Shown in pieces: positions 16,563 to 25,055 of a DNA stretch of 42,116 nt. The stretch comes from Escherichia phage sortsyn: the sequence record MN850623.1. The stretch is one strand, 5' to 3'. Made by a program: the position numbers and the translations under genes. The notes under the pieces were generated by a model that was not told where the DNA came from, ran no database searches, and saw only the letters and a program-made list of their open reading frames with translations. Positions within the stretch are counted from its first letter, which is position 1. Each line of letters starts with the position of its first letter.

Positions 16563-16902
16563 CGGTCTGATCCTCTTTGCTGGTATGCGCTGGAGTGGCG
16601 CGGATTTTTCTCAGGAATGGGATCTTTTCGCTGGCCCAGTCGAGCGCAGTCTCCACGCCGACGTAACCCAGGAACACGGAAGCGAGATAACCCCACGTAC
16701 CATGATCGACCCCGAAGAATGATAAAATATTATTCATCCCGAACGCGACGGCAGCGCAGATCGCCCCGCCGCTGACGATATCGCGGAACGGGTGGCGCAA
16801 TTGCCAGTGACGGAACACCGCCACCGATGCCGCGATGAATGAATAACCTAACTCAACGCGGTATAGCTGAAACAATTGCCATAGCGTCGTATGCTCAGAC
16901 AT
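16549..16902 (-). CDS. Holin, lambda S-like
   Basis: LASVFLGYVGVETALDWASEKIPFLRKI parallels lambda S ITSVFIGYIGTDSIGSLIKRF; start moved to Met at 16902 because the ORF-track N-terminal extension contains the upstream terminator hairpin. Confidence 0.8.
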   Translation of the reverse strand: MSEHTTLWQLFQLYRVELGYSFIAASVAVFRHWQLRHPFRDIVSGGAICAAVAFGMNNILSFFGVDHGTWGYLASVFLGYVGVETALDWASEKIPFLRKIRATPAHTSKEDQTDGKI

Positions 16903-16947
16903 TGGAGGGATCCCTTTTAACAAGTGAGTGAACGCTAAAAGGGTAAA

Positions 16948-16976
16948 TGAAAAAAGAAAGGGCCGCAAAGGCCCTT
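16948..16976 (-). terminator. Rho-independent terminator immediately upstream of the lysis cassette
   Basis: Minus-strand stem GGGCC-TTTGC-GGCCC followed by TTTCTTTTTTC. Confidence 0.6.
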
Positions 16977-17000
16977 TTATGATTGATTGTTAAGTTATTG

Positions 17001-17312
17001 TTATTTTCCAGAAAGAAGGCGTAAGGCGTCCATAGGCGATTCCGCGCCTTCTAACTGTTTGGCGAAGCCCTCCGCAGCCTTGCGCAGCGTGTCCACGTCC
17101 AGGAATGCACGATCGCGGGCCGCTTCCGCTTTCTCGTAGGAGAACTCTCGATCCTCCTCCTGATCGTCCGGGTGGAACACCAGGTTAAACGACAACTCCG
17201 CGCCCTGGATCTCCGTTATCAGGTTGATCGCCGGATTCTCGTCCGAGTCAACGCCACGGCGGACCAGAACCTGGCGATCGTGTGCTTCAAAAACATGTGC
17301 GAAACGTTCCAT
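17001..17312 (-). CDS. Hypothetical protein
   Basis: Start at internal Met with GAGGT SD (ORF track 17417). Confidence 0.45.
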   Translation of the reverse strand: MERFAHVFEAHDRQVLVRRGVDSDENPAINLITEIQGAELSFNLVFHPDDQEEDREFSYEKAEAARDRAFLDVDTLRKAAEGFAKQLEGAESPMDALRLLSGK

Positions 17313-17317
17313 AATAT

Positions 17318-17554
17318 TTACCTCTTGCCTTTGACCTGGAGCCGCTGACGACGGCCCCGCGTTTTGTTGTTGTACTCCTCGTGGGATAACAGATCCCACG
17401 TCTCCCCCTCGTCCCACGTCACGAGCCGCCAGCTATAGCCCACGTTGAACGCTGATACCTTGCCGAACCCCTTCAACCGCTTAGGCGCGATCTCCTTCGC
17501 GTAGTAGCGGGCCAGAATCTCGTCGGCCTTCCGCTGGACCTTCTCCGGGATCAT
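17318..17554 (-). CDS. Hypothetical small basic protein
   Basis: Start ATG overlaps the stop of the upstream gene (ATGA), so coupling rather than a frameshift. Confidence 0.45.
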   Translation of the reverse strand: MIPEKVQRKADEILARYYAKEIAPKRLKGFGKVSAFNVGYSWRLVTWDEGETWDLLSHEEYNNKTRGRRQRLQVKGKR

Positions 17555-17928
17555 CCCGCAGGACCGGACAGGACAGCCAGCGCGAGGCGGGCGTGTTTGA
17601 TCCGGCTCTCCAGAAATTCCCGCATCTCCTCGATCGCAGCTTCCGCCGTGACCGCTTCGAACTCGTCGCGATGGTTCCCGCGTGGACCTTCCGGCAGCGA
17701 ATAACAAGCCGTGTAACGTGTGATGCTACGGCAGACGATCGAGACTGGACCGCATTCCAGCACGTAGCCGAACCCGCCGCCCAGCTTCTCCTCGCGCTCG
17801 TATGTGTTAACGCGGATCGGCATGGACTGGACGCTGGACTGTGCGCGAATGAGTGAGGCCACGCGCTCCGCGTCCTGCTGTGCGTCGGCTACTGTGGGCC
17901 AACGTGTTACTACTGTGACTTTCGACAT
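17551..17928 (-). CDS. Hypothetical protein
   Basis: 125-aa ORF, coding-like. Confidence 0.5.
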   Translation of the reverse strand: MSKVTVVTRWPTVADAQQDAERVASLIRAQSSVQSMPIRVNTYEREEKLGGGFGYVLECGPVSIVCRSITRYTACYSLPEGPRGNHRDEFEAVTAEAAIEEMREFLESRIKHARLALAVLSGPAG

Positions 17929-17969
17929 CTTCGACTCCTGGGTGGATGGCCCCCGAAGGGGCCGGGCTG

Positions 17970-18218
17970 TTAATACTCGTCGGCGCGGATCTTGTTACGG
18001 TGGATCAGGCGATTCAGTTCGAACTCGCCGCGAGTCATGAACTCGTCCACGCGTTCCTCCTGTTCCGGCTCCTCGCCTGTTAATTCCGGCGCTTTCCATG
18101 AGAGATAGCGCTTAACTGTGCCAGTTTTCACGAACGCCGGGAGCAGGTTTTTAAAGTTACGTGACCACTGACGCCCGCGCTCTTGATCGCCTTTTACCAT
18201 GATTGTTAAGTTTGCCAT
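17970..18218 (-). CDS. Hypothetical protein, first gene downstream of promoter cassette copy C
   Basis: 82-aa ORF beginning 47 nt after the cassette -10. Confidence 0.45.
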   Translation of the reverse strand: MANLTIMVKGDQERGRQWSRNFKNLLPAFVKTGTVKRYLSWKAPELTGEEPEQEERVDEFMTRGEFELNRLIHRNKIRADEY

Positions 18219-18264
18219 CGTTATCTCTCCGGTAGTGGGCGACCCATTGCCGCCCGGTGAAAGA

Positions 18265-18307
18265 ACTATAACAACATTTGATAAATCGCTTTTAGCAATT
18301 CGTGCTA
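18265..18307 (-). promoter_or_regulatory. Promoter cassette copy C (minus strand): palindrome TAGCACGAATTGCTA plus TGtTATAGT extended -10
   Basis: Palindrome 18293-18307; hexamer 18265-18270 on the minus strand. Confidence 0.5.
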
Positions 18308-18900
18308 TCCGGGTAAAGATATTCGCTCAACCGGGCCACCAGGTCCGAGTCCGGCCCGATCGGGTACAGCCCGCCGTCGTTGTTTACCGCGTGATGGATC
18401 TCAGCCAGCAATTGCTCCGCCCGCTGGAGCTTGTTCGTCGCCGCGTTATCATGCCCGATCAGCTTCGTGATCTCAGTCTCCAGGCGTCCGCCGAGTTCGG
18501 TCGTCGTGCAGTGTTCGGCCCACTCGCGAGACTCCAGCAGTTTGACCACGGCCCACACGTCCGAGTCGAGGCCGACAGTAGGGCCAGGCTGGAGCCGTGG
18601 CTGGAGTTCGTCGAGCGTCTGCTGGGTGGCGTTTAACGTCCGGCGGATCTTGTCCTGTTCGGACTTGCTCAGATCCAGGATAAGCGGATCAGGCGGCAGA
18701 CCCAGCAGCAGAGGGCGAACCTTTTCGAACGGCTCCACGCTCAGACAATCCTCCATCGTTCCCTCCTCCGTGTCGGGGAGCGTGTAGTGGAGCCGGGCGC
18801 GTCCGGTCTTTTCGTCCAGGCTGAACGAATTGATCGCGGCGATACTCAGGAACCACTCGCAATTAAATTCCGGCTCACCTACTGCGATATATCTGATCAT
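18292..18900 (-). CDS. Hypothetical protein
   Basis: 202-aa ORF; last five codons plus stop are encoded by promoter cassette copy C. Confidence 0.5.
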   Translation of the reverse strand: MIRYIAVGEPEFNCEWFLSIAAINSFSLDEKTGRARLHYTLPDTEEGTMEDCLSVEPFEKVRPLLLGLPPDPLILDLSKSEQDKIRRTLNATQQTLDELQPRLQPGPTVGLDSDVWAVVKLLESREWAEHCTTTELGGRLETEITKLIGHDNAATNKLQRAEQLLAEIHHAVNNDGGLYPIGPDSDLVARLSEYLYPDSTNC

Positions 18901-19340
18901 CTCTCTTTCCTCATGGCTTGTTTACATTGTAAGGCAGCGAGGGCCAACTCCGGGCCAATCTCGACGCCTGGGGGGAACTCCATCGGATCCGACACTGGCG
19001 GGGCCAGCTTCGAACGGTCAACGCGCAGATCACGCAGCAGTCCGGCGCGTTCCATCTTTGCCGTGTGACGGCAGAGCGCGGAGAGCTTCCGCTGGTCAAC
19101 GCCGGGGCATTCGAAGAACGCGGCGAACAATTGCTCCGACGGCTTAAGCATGGAGAACGCTTTCCGAGTCTCGTCCGTAGGTACGAACGGATCGATCAGC
19201 CCCTTGTCGATAGCGTCCAGCACCGACAGATCAGTGGGCGCTATCTTGTCGAGTATCTCCTGGCGCTTCTCCGCCGCCGTCTTGCGCGGCGCTCCGGCGG
19301 TAGCCGGGGCCGTAGTTCGCTTCTGTTTGAATAAGTCCAC
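18897..19340 (-). CDS. Hypothetical protein, first gene of the minus-strand block
   Basis: GTG start with GGAGG SD; ATGA-type overlap with next gene. Confidence 0.5.
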   Translation of the reverse strand: MDLFKQKRTTAPATAGAPRKTAAEKRQEILDKIAPTDLSVLDAIDKGLIDPFVPTDETRKAFSMLKPSEQLFAAFFECPGVDQRKLSALCRHTAKMERAGLLRDLRVDRSKLAPPVSDPMEFPPGVEIGPELALAALQCKQAMRKER

Positions 19341-19367
19341 GTTCGCCTCCGTTGTTGTTCGTCTTTA

Positions 19368-19395
19368 AGCATACATGACGTAACAGTGATGTAAA
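19368..19395 (-). promoter_or_regulatory. Putative sigma70 promoter for the minus-strand block 19340 to 15565
   Basis: Minus-strand -35 TTTACA, 16-bp spacer, -10 TATGCT in the AT-rich divergent intergenic region. Confidence 0.4.
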
Positions 19396-19480
19396 GAGTT
19401 TTCTTTACTGGTGCGGATTGACGGCGTTATGAATCACTGTTAAGTTATGAACACTTTATTAACGCAGCAGGGAAAAGACA

Positions 19481-21169
19481 ATGACTGATTATGATGAAGT
19501 AATGCCGACACCAGAGCGCAGCGAGGAGGAGCTGATCGAGATGGTCCGGGGCGAGTTCTCCGGCCCGGTAACGCCTCCACCTGCTGACGACGTGCCAGAG
19601 GCTCCTATGGAGTTCTACGAGGAACAGGCCAGCCTGTACGCGGCGAGAGAAGCAGAATCCGCCCAGGATGCCGGGGCGTTCTTCGACTTCGACGAGCACG
19701 AGGCCGCAGAGTGGACGGCAACCGTCCGCAACGACAAGCCGACGATCGTCAAGACGTCCGACCTCACCGACGAGGAGAAGGACGAAGCACGTCGCCAGGA
19801 ACTCCTCGCGAAGCAGCGCGAGAAGCAGCGCAAGAAGATCGACGAGGCGCTGGCGGTCGAGGCAATGGACGACCCGCTGATCGCCAGCCTGAACAAGTCG
19901 AACGAGATCAAGCCCGTTAACTATGTGATCCAGTCGCTGATCCCGGAGCGCTCCGTGGGCTTCCTGGTCGGCGAGTCCGGCGCAAAGAAAACGTTCGCAG
20001 CGTTACAAATGGCGATTTGTGTCGCCACCGGGATCGACTTCGGCGGCTTGCCAGTCCGACAGGGATCCGTGATGTACTTCGCGCCGGAGGATGCGAGCGG
20101 CGTCCGTGAACGTTACGCGGGATGGAAGTACACGCAGAACAAGAACGAGCCGTTACCCAACTTTTGGGTATTGTCCCAGCAGGTCCCACTACACCGCGAG
20201 AGCGAACTCCAGACGTTCGCGGCAACCATCAAGGCGTCCCCGTTCTTCGGCCTGAACCCGCTTTCCCTGATCGTGATCGATACCTACAGCGCCAACAGCG
20301 CGGGCCAGAAAGTGGGCGAGCGCATGATCCCAGGCAAGGGCGACGAGCCGGACCGCTGGGAGGGCGGGACCGACTTCAACGAGAACGACAACAACGTGGC
20401 GGCGATCCTGATGCGTAACGCGGCGTTACTGGCTGAATGGCTTAACTGTGCCGTGATGATCATCCACCACACCGGGAAGGACACCGAGCGAGGCGCTCGT
20501 GGCGCGTCAACCCTCCGCGCTAACGCCGGATTCGAGATCATGGTGAAGAAGTGCAGGGACAAGGAGCTTTTTGTGATTGAGCACACGAAGGCCAAAGGCT
20601 GTGCGCTTCTCCCGGCGCGAGCCATGCGCACGAAGTCCGCGAAGTTACCGCCTGACCTGGTGAAGATGAAGCGCGAGGCGCTGGCGAGGATGCAGCCTGT
20701 ACGCCCGGAGGCGAAGGCCAACCCGGCGGCGTGGGAGATCGGCGACAACCTGGGGACGCTGGTCGTCATTAACGCGCTGGAGGCAGTGCCAGCCGAGAAG
20801 GACGAGGGCGAGAAGCCGGAGGACACGCGCAAGCGCAGCAAGAAGGAGGAACAGGCGATCCGACTGCTGGCCTACGTCGTGGAATACTCGCAGCAGCGCA
20901 AGGACAAGGGCTACCGCTTGCCGAAGCTGACCAAAGGCATGTTATCCGATCACTTCCGCAACTTCGCAGAGCCGCCGATTAAGCGGACGGACTTTTTCCA
21001 CGCCTTCGAACATGCGACCAAAAAAATGATGATCATCAAAATGGCAGGGGACGAAACGCTGACCGCCTCAACCGAAGCGGCTCCGCTCCTGGGTGGAATC
21101 CGGGATCAGAAGCCACTCCCGACCGACTGGAAACCGACCGAAGGATCCGACGATCTGAGTGACTTTTAA
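19481..21169 (+). CDS. RepA-like AAA_25/RecA-fold ATPase, putative replication initiator-helicase
   Basis: GFLVGESGAKKTFAALQMA (deviant Walker A), Walker B LIVIDTYS, IIHHTGKD motif typical of RepA/DnaB-like ATPases; acidic N-terminal region. Confidence 0.65.
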   Translation: MTDYDEVMPTPERSEEELIEMVRGEFSGPVTPPPADDVPEAPMEFYEEQASLYAAREAESAQDAGAFFDFDEHEAAEWTATVRNDKPTIVKTSDLTDEEKDEARRQELLAKQREKQRKKIDEALAVEAMDDPLIASLNKSNEIKPVNYVIQSLIPERSVGFLVGESGAKKTFAALQMAICVATGIDFGGLPVRQGSVMYFAPEDASGVRERYAGWKYTQNKNEPLPNFWVLSQQVPLHRESELQTFAATIKASPFFGLNPLSLIVIDTYSANSAGQKVGERMIPGKGDEPDRWEGGTDFNENDNNVAAILMRNAALLAEWLNCAVMIIHHTGKDTERGARGASTLRANAGFEIMVKKCRDKELFVIEHTKAKGCALLPARAMRTKSAKLPPDLVKMKREALARMQPVRPEAKANPAAWEIGDNLGTLVVINALEAVPAEKDEGEKPEDTRKRSKKEEQAIRLLAYVVEYSQQRKDKGYRLPKLTKGMLSDHFRNFAEPPIKRTDFFHAFEHATKKMMIIKMAGDETLTASTEAAPLLGGIRDQKPLPTDWKPTEGSDDLSDF

Positions 21170-21422
21170 CGGGGCGTTGTGTTCCGTTAACGTTATCCCC
21201 TCTCTTATAGAGAGAGGGATAAACGCGTAACGTTAACAACATATGCCGGAAAGTCTAAACAACGTTAACTATGAACTGAAAATTAACATAACAGATTCAT
21301 GAAGTTACAAGAGAAGTGTTAACAGGTTTATGGCAAATCGTTAATGCGGAAATCAGGGGGTAAAAATCGGGGGCCACCCCCGAAAAATCCCCGCTTAAAT
21401 AATCATTGATAAGTGATGCGAA
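21170..21422. other. Candidate replication origin: AT-rich non-coding region with GTTAAC-containing iterons and a ~28-bp imperfect palindrome
   Basis: 253-bp gap after the RepA-like gene; GTTAAC at 21186, 21232, 21254, 21318; AACGTTAAC repeated; palindrome TATCCCCTCTCTTATAGAGAGAGGGATA at 21195-21222; GC hairpin GGGGGCCACCCCC. Confidence 0.45.
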
Positions 21423-21611
21423 ATGAGCGACGATAACAACGTGATTTTATTCCCCCGACGGACAGCAGTCGGACAGGTTGAACCAGCACGATCGAACCAC
21501 TGGATCGAACGGTTCGGATTGTGGAATTACTTCCTGATGGTGGCGACAACCATCGGCGCGATCGTGGTCGGACTGGCGGCGATCGTGTTTAACATGCTGG
21601 GCCTGATGTGA
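21423..21611 (+). CDS. Small membrane protein
   Basis: 62 aa with C-terminal hydrophobic helix. Confidence 0.4.
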   Translation: MSDDNNVILFPRRTAVGQVEPARSNHWIERFGLWNYFLMVATTIGAIVVGLAAIVFNMLGLM

Positions 21612-21641
21612 GGCCCGTCACGACGACGAGGAAACGAGGAG

Positions 21642-21938
21642 ATGATGATGAAAGACAATGCAGGGCAGAAATCAGGCGTCGCGGATATCTCGCGCATGTA
21701 TGTAGGCCCACACCAGCGCCAGACGTTGCTCGATAACGCTTACGCCCAGTTTAAGCGCAAGGGCTACACCCACAACCAGGCGACGGCGCTCGCACACCAG
21801 GCCGTCGAGAGCTTCCTCCACGACCACCGCAAGAAGCAACTGGAGGCCATCCAGAACGCGAACGCAGAGGACGCCGACCAGATGGCCCAGGACTTTATCG
21901 ACCAGGAACTGGGACCGAAAGGGGGCGCTGATGCGTAA
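21642..21938 (+). CDS. Hypothetical protein
   Basis: 98-aa ORF; GAGGAG directly abuts the first of three ATGs, so the true start may be 21645 or 21648. Confidence 0.45.
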   Translation: MMMKDNAGQKSGVADISRMYVGPHQRQTLLDNAYAQFKRKGYTHNQATALAHQAVESFLHDHRKKQLEAIQNANAEDADQMAQDFIDQELGPKGGADA

Positions 21939-22164
21939 GCCAATGACCACCGAGGAGATCAAGCTGATGGCGGAGGGACACCCGCCAGGCAAGATCGACC
22001 GCGACGCCGAGGAGGTGATTATGGACTTGTCCGGGCGCTGGGCCGCGCTGGAAGTCCTGGAGCGTGGTCTGGTCGAACTCCGGGAGAGCAGCGTCTCACC
22101 CCGGCAGCGCGACGCCTACGACACCGCAGCGACGATCGTCCGCAAGGTGAGGCTGGGGAAATGA
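21931..22164 (+). CDS. Hypothetical protein
   Basis: 77-aa ORF, overlapping neighbours. Confidence 0.4.
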   Translation: MRKPMTTEEIKLMAEGHPPGKIDRDAEEVIMDLSGRWAALEVLERGLVELRESSVSPRQRDAYDTAATIVRKVRLGK

Positions 22165-22343
22165 TCTGGCTCGCCTTCGCTTACGAGGTCCTGGTGATCG
22201 CCTGGATCGGCATGACCAGAGGGACCGACGCTATCCTGACCAACTGGGAAAAGCTGGCGGTCCTCGCGCCGTTCCTGCTGGCGTCTGGCTGGGCCGTCGT
22301 CGATCTGGTCCGTTCCATCCGTCGAATGAGAAAGGATAAATAG
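22161..22343 (+). CDS. Small membrane protein
   Basis: 60 aa, two hydrophobic segments; stop codon TAG is the first triplet of promoter cassette copy D. Confidence 0.4.
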   Translation: MIWLAFAYEVLVIAWIGMTRGTDAILTNWEKLAVLAPFLLASGWAVVDLVRSIRRMRKDK

Positions 22344-22383
22344 CACGAATTGCTAAAACGTCCCCGGTGATAATTGATAATAT
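22341..22383 (+). promoter_or_regulatory. Promoter cassette copy D: palindrome TAGCACGAATTGCTA plus TGaTAATAT extended -10
   Basis: Palindrome 22341-22355; TG 22375-22376; hexamer 22378-22383. Confidence 0.5.
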
Positions 22384-22431
22384 GTTTTCACCGGGCGACG
22401 AGACGCCCACCACGAACCAGAGGGCAAGACC

Positions 22432-22710
22432 ATGACAGCAGTCAACGCAACCACCAAAAAATATGCAGTTAAGCGCGGCCTGGACGTTACGATGGAAGAT
22501 ATCAACGACGACGGAAAGATCCTGCTGTGCGTGTGGGAAGCTGACAATGATTGTGAGTGGATGTTCTCCTATCTGGTCAACCCTAACGGCTCTTATACAT
22601 GGAATGGCAATATCTACCTCGACAGCAGCGTGAAAGAGGAATTGCCAGCCACTATCCGCGACGAGAAGCACCTCCGCGAAGTCCTGGCCTTCATCGCCGC
22701 GAACATCTAA
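22432..22710 (+). CDS. Hypothetical protein
   Basis: 92-aa ORF downstream of cassette copy D. Confidence 0.45.
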   Translation: MTAVNATTKKYAVKRGLDVTMEDINDDGKILLCVWEADNDCEWMFSYLVNPNGSYTWNGNIYLDSSVKEELPATIRDEKHLREVLAFIAANI

Positions 22711-22755
22711 CCACCACCGCCCGGTCGAGAGCCGGGCATCCTGGGAGGATCTACC

Positions 22756-23115
22756 ATGCACCCGATGCACCCGCACCACCCGAACCACCAGCCGCCAGCC
22801 ATCCCGGAGATGATGCTGGCCCTACTGATCGGCGGTCCATTCGATGGCGATCGCCTGACCGTTTCCCGCGACGTCGATCACATACAGCGCATTGAGGCTA
22901 AGGAGGTGGACGTGATGCCAGCGCCTTATGACCAGGGCGTGACCAGTTTCAAGTCGTCGATCCATACATACTGGCGGCAACACTGGAACCTCTCCGACGG
23001 CGTGAGCCGTGGCGACTTTGCGCTGTACATCCACGAGACGATCAGGCCGGACGTGTTCGACGTCGTGCAAGCGCTGATCATGGGCTACCGTCAACCGAAG
23101 GAGGCCACGCGATGA
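22756..23115 (+). CDS. Hypothetical protein with His-rich N-terminus
   Basis: 119-aa ORF, GGGAGGA SD. Confidence 0.45.
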   Translation: MHPMHPHHPNHQPPAIPEMMLALLIGGPFDGDRLTVSRDVDHIQRIEAKEVDVMPAPYDQGVTSFKSSIHTYWRQHWNLSDGVSRGDFALYIHETIRPDVFDVVQALIMGYRQPKEATR

Positions 23116-23465
23116 TCTTCGGCTACTGCAAGCGATGCCACACCATGATCCCGAACCCGCAGCCGGGCCAACTGTGCGAACGTTGCGCCCAGCAGGAGGC
23201 GGAGGAGATGGTCGAACGCGCCCAGCGTAACCACCTCCACGACCTCACCCAGCTATACGGCGGCGCTCCGGTGTTCTGCCTTATCGTGGACCCGAAGGGG
23301 ACGCAGACCGGGCGACAGCTTCGTGGCTTCCGGGACCGCAATCGCCTTTATTGCCGGGGCGCTAACGGCATGATGTACCGCGTCCCCGGTGGCTGGGGAT
23401 CCTCGCAGATGGTCCGCTCCATGCGGAACCGTCGTTTATACTTACTAACTAATGGGATGTACTGA
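23112..23465 (+). CDS. Hypothetical zinc-ribbon protein
   Basis: CKRCH...CERC Cys pairs; ATGA overlap. Confidence 0.45.
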   Translation: MIFGYCKRCHTMIPNPQPGQLCERCAQQEAEEMVERAQRNHLHDLTQLYGGAPVFCLIVDPKGTQTGRQLRGFRDRNRLYCRGANGMMYRVPGGWGSSQMVRSMRNRRLYLLTNGMY

Positions 23466-23738
23466 ATGATCTACGAACTGATCGCCTCTTTCCTGATGCT
23501 GGGCGTCGCTTATATCTTCATGGAGTGCAGGGCGGGCGCAGCGGCCTACCTGGGCCGCAAGATGGCGGAGGAGGTGAGGGCCATCCCTCACTCCCTGATC
23601 CCTCTCGTCGCCTTCATCGTGGCATTGCTGGCGGTCCTCGTGCTGGCTGTTACGCTGGTGATCTGGCCCTACTTCGCGTGGAACGACTGGCGAAACGGGA
23701 CACTGTTCAAGGCCGGGCGTTATGACGGCATCGAATAG
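23466..23738 (+). CDS. Membrane protein
   Basis: Two predicted TM helices; stop TAG is the first triplet of cassette copy E. Confidence 0.45.
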   Translation: MIYELIASFLMLGVAYIFMECRAGAAAYLGRKMAEEVRAIPHSLIPLVAFIVALLAVLVLAVTLVIWPYFAWNDWRNGTLFKAGRYDGIE

Positions 23739-23778
23739 CACGAATTGCTAAAACGCACTTATCAAATGTTGTTATAGT
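23736..23778 (+). promoter_or_regulatory. Promoter cassette copy E: palindrome TAGCACGAATTGCTA plus TGtTATAGT extended -10
   Basis: Palindrome 23736-23750; hexamer 23773-23778. Confidence 0.55.
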
Positions 23779-23825
23779 TCTTCTCGACGGCGGGAAATGG
23801 TCCCGCCACTGACCGGGAGAACATC

Positions 23826-24026
23826 ATGAAATCATTAGCTGATACACTCGCAGACATTCAGGCCGAGATCGACCGCCAGAAGGCGAGCGGCGACGTCTCC
23901 CCGCTGGTGGCTGGTATCATCGCCCACGAGATGGCAGAGGCGGCAGACATTGAGCCGACCGAGTGGGACCTGATCGACGACGAAGCGGCTCTCCGCGCAC
24001 TGCCTGGCTACTACGACGGCTTTTAA
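23826..24026 (+). CDS. Small acidic protein
   Basis: 66 aa, strongly acidic; first gene after cassette copy E. Confidence 0.45.
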   Translation: MKSLADTLADIQAEIDRQKASGDVSPLVAGIIAHEMAEAADIEPTEWDLIDDEAALRALPGYYDGF

Positions 24027-24072
24027 CTCCACCAGCCCCGGCAACGGGGCAACCAACCAGAGGATCTACAGC

Positions 24073-25014
24073 ATGAACTCACACGACAAGGGCGTGGCCT
24101 ACGCGCTCAACTCCACCGAAGCCCGCCAGCGCATCCAGTACCGGGCCAACTGGATCGCCGACGTTACGGACGCCATTCATAACGGATTCAAGGCCGAGCC
24201 GGACCTGGCTCCGTGTCACCTTCCGCTCCTCTCCGACGACGCGCTGGAACGCGTGTTCAAGGAGTCCGAGAAGTGGCGCGACAAGTCCCACGAGCGGGCG
24301 CTGGAAGCAAGGATCCAGACGCTGATCGACGCGGACGAGAAGCTGAACGGGTATTACGTGAACCTTCGCGGCATCCTGGACGCGCTGGACGTCCCGAGCC
24401 ACTTCCGCCCGATCGATGGCAACCCGAAACACATCGCATGGACCGAGCAGAAGGCCCGCGAACTGGTCAAGAAGGCAGACGACAGCGATCGCAACCGTCG
24501 CGCCGCAGTGGACGCAGAGCAGCGGGTGGAACTGCTGGAGCGCTACGTGAAGGAGTGCGACGACAAGCGCCTCCCGTATAACTGGAACGTATTCAGGATG
24601 GGGACCGGAGCACTCCGCGATCTGGTCTGGTGGCATAGCCAGCAGGAGAAGATCACCAACTGCGAGACGGACCACGAGCGGATCGTGTGGTCGGAGAACC
24701 GCAGCAAGCAGGACACGGAGCAGAGCCTCCGCTGGCACGCTCGCAACGCCGAGAAAGTCCGCAGGGTGATCGAGTCGTTCACCGGGACGCGCTTCGGGAC
24801 TAACACGGCGGACGCACTGCTGGACGCCTTGCTGGACCGTCCGCAGACTGGCGACCAGACTCCGGCCTGGACGACGTGGGAATGGGGCTACGCGCCGAAG
24901 GATATCAACCGCGACACTAAGCTGGAGCTACGGCTCAAGAGCGGCGACGTCGTGATCCTGGACTCGTCCGTGGTCGAATGGTCCGAAGTGGAGGCATACC
25001 GCCCGGCAAAGTGA
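24073..25014 (+). CDS. Hypothetical protein
   Basis: 313-aa ORF, coding-like, followed by a terminator. Confidence 0.55.
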   Translation: MNSHDKGVAYALNSTEARQRIQYRANWIADVTDAIHNGFKAEPDLAPCHLPLLSDDALERVFKESEKWRDKSHERALEARIQTLIDADEKLNGYYVNLRGILDALDVPSHFRPIDGNPKHIAWTEQKARELVKKADDSDRNRRAAVDAEQRVELLERYVKECDDKRLPYNWNVFRMGTGALRDLVWWHSQQEKITNCETDHERIVWSENRSKQDTEQSLRWHARNAEKVRRVIESFTGTRFGTNTADALLDALLDRPQTGDQTPAWTTWEWGYAPKDINRDTKLELRLKSGDVVILDSSVVEWSEVEAYRPAK

Positions 25015-25023
25015 GGGCCAGCG

Positions 25024-25035
25024 ACTGGGGGGATC
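25024..25035 (+). repeat. 12-mer ACTGGGGGGATC, copy 1 of 3
   Basis: Exact 12-mer shared with 33090-33101 and 38095-38106. Confidence 0.5.
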
Positions 25036-25052
25036 GTAACGCCCCCTTTTTC
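25027..25052 (+). terminator. Rho-independent terminator
   Basis: Stem GGGGGG/GCCCCC then TTTTT; contains the ACTGGGGGGATC 12-mer. Confidence 0.65.
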
Positions 25053-25055
25053 GTC

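Noticed and set aside
16903-16968. N-terminal extension of the holin ORF (ORF-track start 16968)
   Set aside because: The extension is encoded by the terminator hairpin and T-run of the upstream gene. Starting at Met 16902 gives a holin of typical size that aligns with lambda S.
17318-17928. Possible programmed frameshift or pseudogene between the overlapping minus-strand ORFs 17551-17928 and 17318-17707
   Set aside because: The downstream ATG at 17554 overlaps the upstream TGA stop in an ATGA arrangement, so two translationally coupled genes is the simpler reading.
23736-23750. Sigma54-type promoter (TGGCAC-N5-TTGCA) as an explanation for the TAGCAC...TTGCTA element
   Set aside because: The critical GG dinucleotide is AG in every copy and the spacing to the GC element is 2 nt short. 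The fixed distance to an extended -10 fits a sigma70 promoter with an operator better.
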